64,000 bases of DNA, taken from assembly GCA_963766735.1 (NCBI GenBank), contig CAVYBU010000021.1:32001-96000 (forward strand), given 5' to 3'. This DNA comes from an uncultured Chloroflexia bacterium (GTDB taxonomy: Bacteria > Chloroflexota > Limnocylindria > Limnocylindrales > CSP1-4). The position numbers and the translations under genes were made by a program. A model generated the notes under the pieces. The model saw only the letters and a list, made by a program, of their open reading frames with translations, was not told where the DNA came from and did no database searches. Numbering within the stretch: position 1 is the stretch's first letter; each line of letters begins with the position of its first letter. This document shows, piece after piece, positions 9,421-18,372 of this stretch.

Positions 9421-10568
9421 GCGCTGTCTCCGGCGGGCGTCAGCAGCTTCAGGACGGCCTCGGAGACGACCGCTCCGCCGTGGGTGATGACGGTGGCCCT
9501 GGTGACCTCCTCCTCGAAATCGAGGTTGAGGGCACCGTCCTTGACCATGTTCAACAGCAGGGACGAGATGTTGCGGGCGTAGAACTGCGAGGCGGACGTC
9601 GGCATCGAGGCCGGCAGGTTCTCCAGTGCGACGATGGTGACGCCGTTGTCCGTGACCACGGTCTCGCCTGCCACGGACAGGTCGCAGTTGCCGCCGAGCG
9701 CGCTTGCCGCCATGTCCACGATCACCGACCCGGAGCGCATCGCACGCACGGCGTCCGCGGTGACGAGCACCGGGGGCTTGCGGCCGGGGACCTGGGCCGT
9801 GGTGATCACGACGTCCTGGTTGGCGATCACCTCGTTGAGCTCCGCCTGTTGGGCGGCCCGTTCCTCGGGGGTGAGCTCCCGGGCATAGCCGCCGGCGCCC
9901 GTGGCATCGATGGCGGTCGTGAGCGTGACGAACTTCGCCCCCAGGCTCTGGGCCTGCTCCGCGGTCTCCGGGCGCACGTCGTACGCGGAGACGACCGCGC
10001 CGAGGCGGCGCGCCGTGCCGATCGCCTGGAGCCCCGCGACGCCGATCCCGAGGACCAGGACGTTCGCGGGCTTGGCGGTGCCGGCGGCGGTCGTCAGCAG
10101 GGGGAAGTAGCGCCCGAAGGCGTTGGCCGCGATGAGGACGGCCTTGTAGCCGCCAACGTTCGCCTGCGAGGAGAGAGCATCCATCGTCTGGGCCCGGGAC
10201 AGGGTCCGGGGAATGGCGTCCAGGCTGATCGCGGTGACGCCCGCGGAGGCCAGCGTCTGTGCCAGCGCCGGGTCCAGCAGCGGCTGCAGCAGGCCCACGA
10301 CGGCCTGGCCGGAGCGCAGCCTCGCGGCTTCCGCGGCTGCCGGCTTCTGGACACGGAGGATGACCTCGGCCTGCGCGTACAGCTGGTCGGTATCCACGAT
10401 CCGCGCGCCAGCGTCCGTGAACGCCTGGTCGGGGATCGCGGCACCGGCACCGGCACCGGTTTCGACGAGGATCTCGAGCCCGGCCGCCGTCAGCTTGCCG
10501 AGCGCATCGGGCACCAGGGCGACGCGCCGTTCTCCGGCCGCGGTCTCCCTGGCGACGCCGATCTTCAT
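9417..10568 (-). CDS. pntA: NAD(P) transhydrogenase alpha subunit part 1 (dI, NAD-binding)
   Basis: GERRVALVP, RAQTMDALSSQANVGGYKAV, GIGVAGLQAI, GGNC. Confidence 0.95.
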   Translation of the reverse strand: MKIGVARETAAGERRVALVPDALGKLTAAGLEILVETGAGAGAAIPDQAFTDAGARIVDTDQLYAQAEVILRVQKPAAAEAARLRSGQAVVGLLQPLLDPALAQTLASAGVTAISLDAIPRTLSRAQTMDALSSQANVGGYKAVLIAANAFGRYFPLLTTAAGTAKPANVLVLGIGVAGLQAIGTARRLGAVVSAYDVRPETAEQAQSLGAKFVTLTTAIDATGAGGYARELTPEERAAQQAELNEVIANQDVVITTAQVPGRKPPVLVTADAVRAMRSGSVIVDMAASALGGNCDLSVAGETVVTDNGVTIVALENLPASMPTSASQFYARNISSLLLNMVKDGALNLDFEEEVTRATVITHGGAVVSEAVLKLLTPAGDSA

Positions 10569-10722
10569 GGGCATCACCATCTCGTTGGGACGTGTCGCTA
10601 ATTTGGAACGCGTGGAGTGTACCGGAGGAACTGGCGCGCCAAGGTTGCAGCGTGGTGGTGGGTGGTGTGCGCTCGCGGTCACGTGCCGTGCCCTCTTGGC
10701 CGACCCGCCCTACCATGGCTCC

Positions 10723-12196
10723 GTGAACGACTCCAGCCCTGATCCCACCAACAACCCTGACACCGATCCCACGGCCCGCGTCGAGCCTCCGGTGGATCCC
10801 GTCGAGCCCCCGGTGGACCCCGTCCCGGTCGCCCCGGTCACGCCGGCCTCCCCGGTCTCGGCGTCCGGCGGCGCCCCCGATGCCCACGACAGTCCGGATA
10901 CGAGGCGGCGCCAGAACCGCATCGCCGCGTACGGCTCAGTGGCGCTGGCCGTCGTGCTTGCGTTCGGAGGCGGTCTTGCGATCGGCCGGGCAACGGCACC
11001 CGCGGGTCCCACCGATTCCGTCGCGACCGTTGATCCCACCGTCACGCCCGGCACCGTTCCGACTGCCGTTCCCTCCGCCGGAGCCGCACTCCCGTCCGAG
11101 GGCGCCCGGCTCGGGCTCGCGGACGCGAAGGTGACCGTCGACTACTGGGCGGACTACCAGTGCCCCTACTGCTCCAAGTTCGCCCGTGAGGTCATCCCGC
11201 TGCTCGAGTCCCGCATCGCGGATGGCACGGTCGCGCTCGTCCATCGCGACTATGCGTTCATCGGTGAGGAGTCGGTTGACGCCTCGATCGCCGTCCGGTG
11301 CGCGACGCCCGAGGGCAAGTACTGGGCGATGCACGACGCCGTGTACGCGGCCCAGGACGGGGAGAACCAGGGCGCCTTCGCCCGTCCGCGACTCGCCCAG
11401 ATTGCCGATTCCGTGGGCCTGGACGCGACCTCGTTCGCCGCCTGCATGGATGATCAGGCGCGGCTGGTCGAGGTCCTGGACGACACCGCGGCGGGCGTGC
11501 GGACCGGCATCGAATCAACGCCCACGGCGGACGTCAACGGCAACCGCTTCCTGGGCGTGCCCGACACGGCCGCCCTGCTCAAGGCGATCGACGAAGCCGC
11601 CGCCGGCGCACCCGCGAAGCCGCTCCCCACTTCGAAGCCGACCTCTGATCCGTGGACCGGGACTCACCACCGACGGCCGCACGGCAGGCCAGGCCGCTGC
11701 CCCCGTGACTGTGGAGCTGTGGATGGACTACCAGTCGCAGGACGCAAAGCCGATCGCGGAGACGCTTGAGCCCGAGTTGCGCACGCGTGTCGACGCCGGC
11801 GCCATCCGCGTGGTGCAGCGGGACCTCGCCACGCTCGGCGACCAGTCCGTGGTGGCCGCCGCGATGGTCCGCTGCGTCGCGCAGCAGGGCGGACCGGCGT
11901 GGTTCGTCCACGACATCCTCGCCATATCCGCCCAGGGCGCCGATGCCGGGATCTACACCGCAGCGAACCTGCTCCGGCTCTCGTCGCAGCTCGGGCTCGA
12001 GGTCAAGGTCCTCGATGCGTGCCTGGGCGATCCGGCCACCGGGGCCGCGGTCAAGGCCGAGACCGCGGAGGGAACTGCAATGGACCTGACTGCGGGGCCG
12101 TCGATCGTGATCCGGGTCGGTGACAGGGAGGTCGGCAGGTTCAGCGGGGCGCTGGACTCCGAGGCCGTGCTGGCGGCCATCGACGCCGCGAAGTGA
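10723..12196 (+). CDS. Membrane-anchored tandem DsbA/thioredoxin-domain protein (frameshift near 11660)
   Basis: TM helix; domain 1 ADYQCPYC and ESTPT; domain 2 in the shifted frame APVTVELWMDYQSQDA. Confidence 0.85.
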
Positions 12197-12240
12197 CCAG
12201 CGCGGCGCCGCGTAGTGCGGCGCGGCGCCCGTGTGTGGGC

Positions 12241-12287
12241 GGCGCTACAGGTCCGAGGCGCTAGTGGTCCGAGGCGCTACAGGTCCG
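12241..12287. repeat. Three 16-bp tandem units overlapping the regulator stop codon
   Basis: ggcgctacaggtccga / ggcgctagtggtccga / ggcgctacaggtccg. Confidence 0.9.
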
Positions 12288-12993
12288 CGACGCTGATGAT
12301 CCCGCGCCGGATCGCGAACTTGAGCAGCTCCAGGCGATCGTGGAAGCCGAGCTTCTCCATGAGGTTCGCCCGGTAGTTGTGGACCGTCTGCTCGGACAGG
12401 TGGAACACCTTCGCGATCTCGCGGTTGGTGTGGCCGACAGCCGCGAGGAGGAGGACTTCCCGCTCGCGGTCGGACAGGGTCGCGTAGACGTCCTCGATCG
12501 GGGCATCCGGGCTCCGGAGGACGTAGGTGTTCACCATGCGGGTGACGATCGCCGGTGAGACGTACGTCTGGCCCCGGCTGACAGAGCGCAGGGCGGCGAC
12601 GACGTCGGACGGCTCCGCCTCCCGGGTCAGGAACCCGTCGGCGCCCGCCTTCAGCGCGAGGCTGAACTGCTCGCTGCCAGTGCGGCACTCCAGCGCCAGG
12701 ATCCGGACGGCCGGTGCGGTCGACCGGATCTGCTCGATCGCCTCGAATGTGCCCGAGCCCGGGGTCGTAAAGGACTGGCATTCCGTGATCACGACATCTG
12801 GCCGCACGCGGTCGATGGTCTCCAGGAGAGCGTCGCGCTCCGGCACGGAACCCACGATCTGAAGATCGAGCTCGCCGTCGATCACAGTGCGGTAGCCGGA
12901 GATGAGCATCGGGAAATCGAAGATCGCGAGGAGCACCGCGACCTTGCCGCCAGCGCCCTGCCCGTTCGTCTTCAACCCTTCCCCCTGCCCCAT
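12277..12993 (-). CDS. NarL/LuxR-type response regulator with an atypical receiver
   Basis: Receiver fold (PDVVITE, ALKAGADGFL) plus HTH LSDREREVL...TVHNYRANLMEKLG; start codon uncertain. Confidence 0.88.
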   Translation of the reverse strand: MGQGEGLKTNGQGAGGKVAVLLAIFDFPMLISGYRTVIDGELDLQIVGSVPERDALLETIDRVRPDVVITECQSFTTPGSGTFEAIEQIRSTAPAVRILALECRTGSEQFSLALKAGADGFLTREAEPSDVVAALRSVSRGQTYVSPAIVTRMVNTYVLRSPDAPIEDVYATLSDREREVLLLAAVGHTNREIAKVFHLSEQTVHNYRANLMEKLGFHDRLELLKFAIRRGIISVADL

Positions 12994-13246
12994 GGCATTC
13001 GTGTTCGATCCCGCGAGGGGCCGCATGCCAACTGTGCCGCCTCCGGGGTGTCAATCGAACGGGCCATCGGTCGCCTTGCGGGCCCTCCCGGGTCCGCCGG
13101 GGTCGGGACCGGCGGCCCGGGCGATACAGGCCCTTCGGGACACCGCCCGCGAGGCTATGGGCGGGGTGACGGCCGTGGGCGCGGGGACTGGCGGATGTCG
13201 TTCTGGAGGCGACGATGGTGCGTTATCGGGCAACGCGCGTCGCTTC

Positions 13247-13792
13247 TCAGGCCCCTGGGGCATCCGAGTCTGCCGGGTCTCCGTGCTCGTTCGTGCTCAA
13301 GGCCTCGTCCCAGGCCGCCTCGGAGCCGAGCGGTGCGAGCCGCGTCACTGCCATCTCGATCTGGCGCATGCACCGGTCCCGCCAGACCCCGCTCTCGATG
13401 AACGCGCGGTGGCCGGCCTCGGTCCGCAGGTCCACGCCGATCAGCTCGCGGCAGGAGGAGGTCCCGAAGCCAGCCTCGAACGCCGCGAGGAGGTCGGCCG
13501 TCACCAGCCGGGCCACACGCTTGGCGGCACGGTGGTCGGGGACGCGCCGCTCCGCCAGCATGCCCACCGCCAGCGCGGCCCCGGTGACCGCCCCACACGT
13601 CCCGCCGCTGTAGGCGATCCCGCCGTTGAGCGCCATCGCGGCCGAGGAGTCGGCGGCATCCGGCAGCCCGTACGCCGCCTTGAGCACCACGAACGCCGTC
13701 TCGGCGCAGCCGTGGGCGTTGCGGTCGTCCAGGAACAGCTCGCGAGCCTTCCGCACCGCCTCGTCGGCCCTGGCGGCCTCGACGTCCGTCAT
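13247..13792 (-). CDS. C-GCAxxG-C-C family putative redox protein
   Basis: HGCAET...TCGAVTGA...SCREL...RC. Confidence 0.85.
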   Translation of the reverse strand: MTDVEAARADEAVRKARELFLDDRNAHGCAETAFVVLKAAYGLPDAADSSAAMALNGGIAYSGGTCGAVTGAALAVGMLAERRVPDHRAAKRVARLVTADLLAAFEAGFGTSSCRELIGVDLRTEAGHRAFIESGVWRDRCMRQIEMAVTRLAPLGSEAAWDEALSTNEHGDPADSDAPGA

Positions 13793-13998
13793 CGCTCGTG
13801 CCGGGATGGGTCCTGGACGTCGGGTTCGCCGCGGCCCAGGCGCTGCATCCGGTCCAGACCCGTGAGCCTGCTCACCCTGCCGTTGCGGAGGGTGAACGTC
13901 GCAACCGGTCCGGTCCTGCAGTCGTCGATGCCCACGCGGTCTCCCTCGCACGGATGCTCGCCGGGCCGCCGTGGACCGGCTTCTCCGGCGAACATCAT
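13789..13998 (-). CDS. Short hypothetical ORF or gene remnant
   Basis: 69 aa; its stop overlaps the next start (ATGA); no recognised motif. Confidence 0.25.
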   Translation of the reverse strand: MMFAGEAGPRRPGEHPCEGDRVGIDDCRTGPVATFTLRNGRVSRLTGLDRMQRLGRGEPDVQDPSRHER

Positions 13999-14054
13999 GC
14001 CCCAGCCTGCCCACACCCGGTGAGGACCCACCACGCGGCGAGACCGCATCGGCG

Positions 14055-15680
14055 CTACGGGGTTGCGGCGGCCGCCTTCATCCGCTCCGCGACGACGCTG
14101 CGCTGCGTCTTGCGGGTGTGGGTCCGCGGGAAGTCAGGATCGGGGTAGGGCGCATAGGACACCACGCGCTGGTGGACGGCGAGCTTCTGGTTGGCGGCCT
14201 TCACGGCCTCGCGCACCGCCGCTGCCTCGTCGGCCGGAGGATCGCCAAACGCCGCCTCGGGGCGATACGCCATCGCGATCCGCCCGTCCGCCGCCTCGTA
14301 GACGACGGGCTCGACCAGCCCCTCGGCGGTCAGCGCCGCCTCCACGTCCTCCGGGTGCACGTTCATCCCGTTCGGCAGCGCGATCAGGGACCGCGTCCGG
14401 CCGATCAGCCGGAGCGCCCCTGTTGCGTCCACGTCGCCGTAGTCGCCGGTCCTGTACCAGCCGTCCTCGGTGAAGGCGGCCGCCGTGGCGACCGGGTCCT
14501 GCCAGTAGCCCGCGAAGACCGACGGACCCCGGACGACCACCTCGCCGTCCGGCTCCACCCGCAGCTCCAGGGGCGGCATCACCCAACCGACGCGGTTGGG
14601 CGGTGTCCGTCCGAGGAAGTTGGCGGTGACCAGCCCCGCCTCGGTGGATCCGTAGCCCTGGACGACCTCGACGCCCAGGGCCTCCCAGCTGCGCTGGAGG
14701 GCAGGCGAGAGGTGCGCCGCCGAGCACATGACCATCCGCAGCTCGCCGCCGAGCGCCGCGTGGACCTTCTTGAACAGCTTCCGGCGCATCGAGACCGGCA
14801 GGTACGGTGCGACCCGGAGCGCGCGTCGGAACGTCTTGCCGCTGCCACTCTTGTCGGCCTCGCGGCGAATGGCGCTGAACAGCAGCTCCAGGACTTGCGG
14901 CACCACGACCAGAGCCGTGGCCCGGTGGCCCTTGATCGCCGCCGCGATGACGTCCGGCCGGAGGGTGGTGATGTACTCGGTCTCGGCGCCGGCCGCCACC
15001 GCGTAGATCAGCCCGGCAACCTGCTCCATGATGTGCGAGAGGGGCAGGATCGAGACGAACCGGTTGGCGCCGGGCGGGATCGTGGCCAGGCAGCGGATCG
15101 TTGACGCCAGGAGCATCGACTGGGTGACCGTGACGCCCTTCGGGTTGCCCGTGGACCCCGAGGTGCACAGGATCTCCAGAGGCTCACCCGGATCCGCCGG
15201 TGCGCGGGCAGCCAGGGCGGCCAGCGCCTCGGGCGGCGGCGCGTCCACCAGGACGTCGAGGTCGATGACCGGCAGCGTGGCCAGCCGCCGGATCGTCACC
15301 GGCTCCACCGTGGCGCCCGATCCGAGGAGGATCGCCGACGGTTCGGTGAGGGCGGCGATGCGGTCGATGGTGTCGGGCGTCATCCGCACGTCGAGCGGGA
15401 CGAGAATGACGTCCGCGCGGGCGGCGGCGAAGAGCGCGGCTGCGAACCCGGGCCCGGGCGCACCCTGCACCAGGACGCGGGCGCGCGGCTTGACCGCTAC
15501 CGCCAGCCGGGCCGAGGCGTTCGCCACGGCCTCGCCGAAGGCCGACAGGGTCAGCGACTCCTCGCGCGTGCTCGACGTCCGGACGCCCAGGAATGGGGCG
15601 GAGCCACCCTTCGCGATGGCTTGATCGAGGAGATCGGGCAGGGTGGTCGGCAGGATGATCGCCACAGGCAGAGCAGGCAC
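14055..15680 (-). CDS. AMP-binding long-chain acyl-CoA synthetase-like enzyme
   Basis: CTSGSTGNPKG, LPLSH, QGYGSTE, YRTGD, PRTHTRK. Confidence 0.88.
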   Translation of the reverse strand: MPALPVAIILPTTLPDLLDQAIAKGGSAPFLGVRTSSTREESLTLSAFGEAVANASARLAVAVKPRARVLVQGAPGPGFAAALFAAARADVILVPLDVRMTPDTIDRIAALTEPSAILLGSGATVEPVTIRRLATLPVIDLDVLVDAPPPEALAALAARAPADPGEPLEILCTSGSTGNPKGVTVTQSMLLASTIRCLATIPPGANRFVSILPLSHIMEQVAGLIYAVAAGAETEYITTLRPDVIAAAIKGHRATALVVVPQVLELLFSAIRREADKSGSGKTFRRALRVAPYLPVSMRRKLFKKVHAALGGELRMVMCSAAHLSPALQRSWEALGVEVVQGYGSTEAGLVTANFLGRTPPNRVGWVMPPLELRVEPDGEVVVRGPSVFAGYWQDPVATAAAFTEDGWYRTGDYGDVDATGALRLIGRTRSLIALPNGMNVHPEDVEAALTAEGLVEPVVYEAADGRIAMAYRPEAAFGDPPADEAAAVREAVKAANQKLAVHQRVVSYAPYPDPDFPRTHTRKTQRSVVAERMKAAAATP

Positions 15681-15903
15681 GACGCAGGCCTCTTGCTGGG
15701 GGAGCCGCCGGGAGTGTCCGGGCGGACGAGGGGGACCACCGGAGTGGACCCCATCGGGGGTTGGTCCCACGGGCGGAAGCATAGCCCGAGGGGGGTTCTT
15801 GTGCCCACGGTGTTGCGGGCACGTGGCGAACGCTCGCGTCTTCGCGCGAACGCGCGTACGATCACGCGACGCCCCGAGCACCGGGACGGAACCGAAGCGA
15901 GGC

Positions 15904-16164
15904 ATGATGACCAAGCATTCAAGGAGCGAGCGCGATCGGCGCGCCGCGGAATCGGCCCGGATGGTCGAGGTCCAGCGCGCCTGGGAGGGCAGCATCCCGG
16001 CGGCCGTTGCGGCGGAGTTCGCCGACGCCGTACGCGCCGTCCGCGAGCGCGGGCCGATCGCCCGCCAGCCCGACATGGCCCCCGGCACGCTGCCGCGCCC
16101 ACCCCGCCCGGGCCGCGAGCCGAAGCCCAAGAAGGAAGAGACGACCCCCCGTCGTCGCTACTAG
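15904..16164 (+). CDS. Small basic hypothetical protein
   Basis: 86 aa, GAGG RBS, GC3-rich codons, helical N-terminus and Pro-rich C-terminus. Confidence 0.65.
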   Translation: MMTKHSRSERDRRAAESARMVEVQRAWEGSIPAAVAAEFADAVRAVRERGPIARQPDMAPGTLPRPPRPGREPKPKKEETTPRRRY

Positions 16165-16339
16165 TCGCACCTTCCAGGGGGCCTGACGCCGGGGCCTGAC
16201 GCAGGCGCGTTGTGGTCCGGGTCTCACGGCCCCTCGGCCATGACTGACGGCCCAGTTTGAGCATGCCGGAATCGCCCTAGCCAGCGCATGGTCCGACGCG
16301 TCAGCATCGCCGCACGACACGTGCAGCGAGAGGGTGGTC

Positions 16340-17644
16340 ATGGCCCATGCCACGTCACGCGGCGCCTACGGAGCGTTGACCGAGCGCCTGAACCGCTTCC
16401 CACAGGGCGCCCCGCCGTCCGACCTCCTGTACCGCATCCTCGAGATGCTGTTCAGCGAGCGCGAGGCAGGCCTGGTGGCGCAGCTGCCGATCCGGGCCTT
16501 CACCGCCCGTAAGGCGGCGAAGCTATGGGGCATGCGCGAGGCCGAGGCGCGCACCATCCTGGACGAGCTCGCGTCGCGGGCCGTCCTCCTGGATGTCGAG
16601 GGCCCCAACGGCACCGTCTACGCCCTGCCACCGCCCATGGCCGGCTTCTTCGAGTTCTCGATGATGCGGGTCCGCGACGACATCGACCAGCGGCTGCTGA
16701 GCGAGCTGTTCTACCAGTACATCACCGTCGAGGATGACTTCATCCTGTCGCTGTTCACGGATGGCGAGACGCAGCTGGGACGCGTGTTCGTCAACGAGAA
16801 CGCCCTCGCCGACGCAAGGCCGGCCCGGTCGAACGGCAACGGAGCCCTCCACGTCCTGGACTACGAGCGGGCCAGCGCGGTCATCGGGACGGCCGAGCAC
16901 ATGGGTGTCGGGGTCTGCTACTGCCGTCACAAGGCGGAGCACGTCGGCCTGGCCTGCAAAGCCCCGAAGAACATCTGCATGACGTTCGGCGAGACGGCGG
17001 ACTCGCTCATCCGCCACGGATATGCTCGGCGCGTAGACGCGGCCGAAGGCATGGACCTGCTCGCGGAGGCGCACTCGAACAACCTCGTCCAGTTCGGCGA
17101 GAACGTGCAGCGCGACGTGGCGTTCATCTGCAACTGCTGCGGCTGCTGCTGCGAGGCGATGATCGCCGCGCGGCGCTTCGGCCGGATGAACCCGGTCCAC
17201 AGCACGAACTACCTCCCGCACGTGGACGCAGCCGCCTGCAACGGCTGCGGCAAGTGCGCCGACGCCTGCCCCGTTGAGGCGATGACGCTGGTCTCGGCCA
17301 ACGACCCGCGCAAGCCACGGAAGCGGAAGGCGGAGCTGGACGCGGACATCTGCCTGGGCTGTGGGGTGTGCACCCGGGTGTGCCCGACGGGCGGGCTGTG
17401 GCTGGAGGCGTGCCCCGAGCGCGTCATCACGCCCGTGGACACGCTCCACCGCACCGTCCTGATGGCGATCGAGCGCGGCAAGCTCCAGGACTGCATCTTC
17501 GACAACCGGGCGCTGCTCAGCCACCGGGCAATGGCGGCGGTGCTGGGCGTGATCCTCCGCCTGCCGCCGACGAAGCAGGTGCTGGCGACGCAGCAGATGC
17601 GGTCGCGCTATCTCGTGAAGCTGCTGGAACAGGTGAACGTGTAG
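16340..17644 (+). CDS. 4Fe-4S dicluster domain protein with an N-terminal HTH-like region
   Basis: CYCRH, ICNCCGCCC, CNGCGKCADACP, CLGCGVCTRVCP. Confidence 0.9.
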   Translation: MAHATSRGAYGALTERLNRFPQGAPPSDLLYRILEMLFSEREAGLVAQLPIRAFTARKAAKLWGMREAEARTILDELASRAVLLDVEGPNGTVYALPPPMAGFFEFSMMRVRDDIDQRLLSELFYQYITVEDDFILSLFTDGETQLGRVFVNENALADARPARSNGNGALHVLDYERASAVIGTAEHMGVGVCYCRHKAEHVGLACKAPKNICMTFGETADSLIRHGYARRVDAAEGMDLLAEAHSNNLVQFGENVQRDVAFICNCCGCCCEAMIAARRFGRMNPVHSTNYLPHVDAAACNGCGKCADACPVEAMTLVSANDPRKPRKRKAELDADICLGCGVCTRVCPTGGLWLEACPERVITPVDTLHRTVLMAIERGKLQDCIFDNRALLSHRAMAAVLGVILRLPPTKQVLATQQMRSRYLVKLLEQVNV

Positions 17645-17689
17645 CGCCTTGGGCCCGCTGGGCCTGGCCGCGGCGGATGCCGCCCCCTA

Positions 17690-18172
17690 TCAGGTCGCCG
17701 GTGCCGCGGCCCTGGCGACGGGAAACTCGACGATCGTCCGGATCCGGTCCGGCGGCGTGTCGGGCGGACTCAGGTACACCTCGCGCGGCGGACCCGCGAC
17801 GGCGAGGCCCCTGGAGCCGATCCAGGCAAGCAGGCTGTCGTAGGCGCTGGCGATCGTGTCATAGGGACCGACATGGAGCAGGGTCGCAAAGGCGCCTGCC
17901 GGGAGCTCCTGCATCTGCCACCCGGGGGGTGGATCGACCGCCCGGGACACCGGGGCACAGACCTCGATGTCGAACGGGTCATCGCCCGTCGGCATCCCGT
18001 GGTAGATGACGAACGGCGGCCCATCGCCAGGGGCCTGTGTGACCCCGAGGTGCCCGTACACCTCCCCGAACGCCCTTCCCATGGCGCCGCCGATCTCCGA
18101 CAACCGGACCGGGAAGCGTTTCGAGACGATCGGCGCTGCCTCGCGCTCCCTGAGCGTGATCTCGTGCTCCAC
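17690..18172 (-). CDS. GyrI-like small-molecule-binding protein
   Basis: GPPFVIYH, HVGPYDTI, PREVYL; GAGGAGG RBS. Confidence 0.88.
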   Translation of the reverse strand: MEHEITLREREAAPIVSKRFPVRLSEIGGAMGRAFGEVYGHLGVTQAPGDGPPFVIYHGMPTGDDPFDIEVCAPVSRAVDPPPGWQMQELPAGAFATLLHVGPYDTIASAYDSLLAWIGSRGLAVAGPPREVYLSPPDTPPDRIRTIVEFPVARAAAPAT

Positions 18173-18372
18173 GCGACACCTCCTCGCCGGCCCGGCCTCG
18201 TGCACCCCGGGCCGACCGTCATGGTGGGCGGCATGCCTTTCGATCGCCAGAGTCCATCGGCTCGAAGGGCGGGCTGGCGGGCAGCCGCTGCGCCGCACTG
18301 CGGTCCGGCCAATTTCCGGTGGTCTATCGTTCGCGACGACGGCAAGGATTGGAAGCCGGAGGAGACTGCGTG

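Noticed and set aside
12241-12287. Short repeats as a CRISPR array
   Set aside because: Units are directly adjacent with no spacers, are too short, and no cas genes are present.
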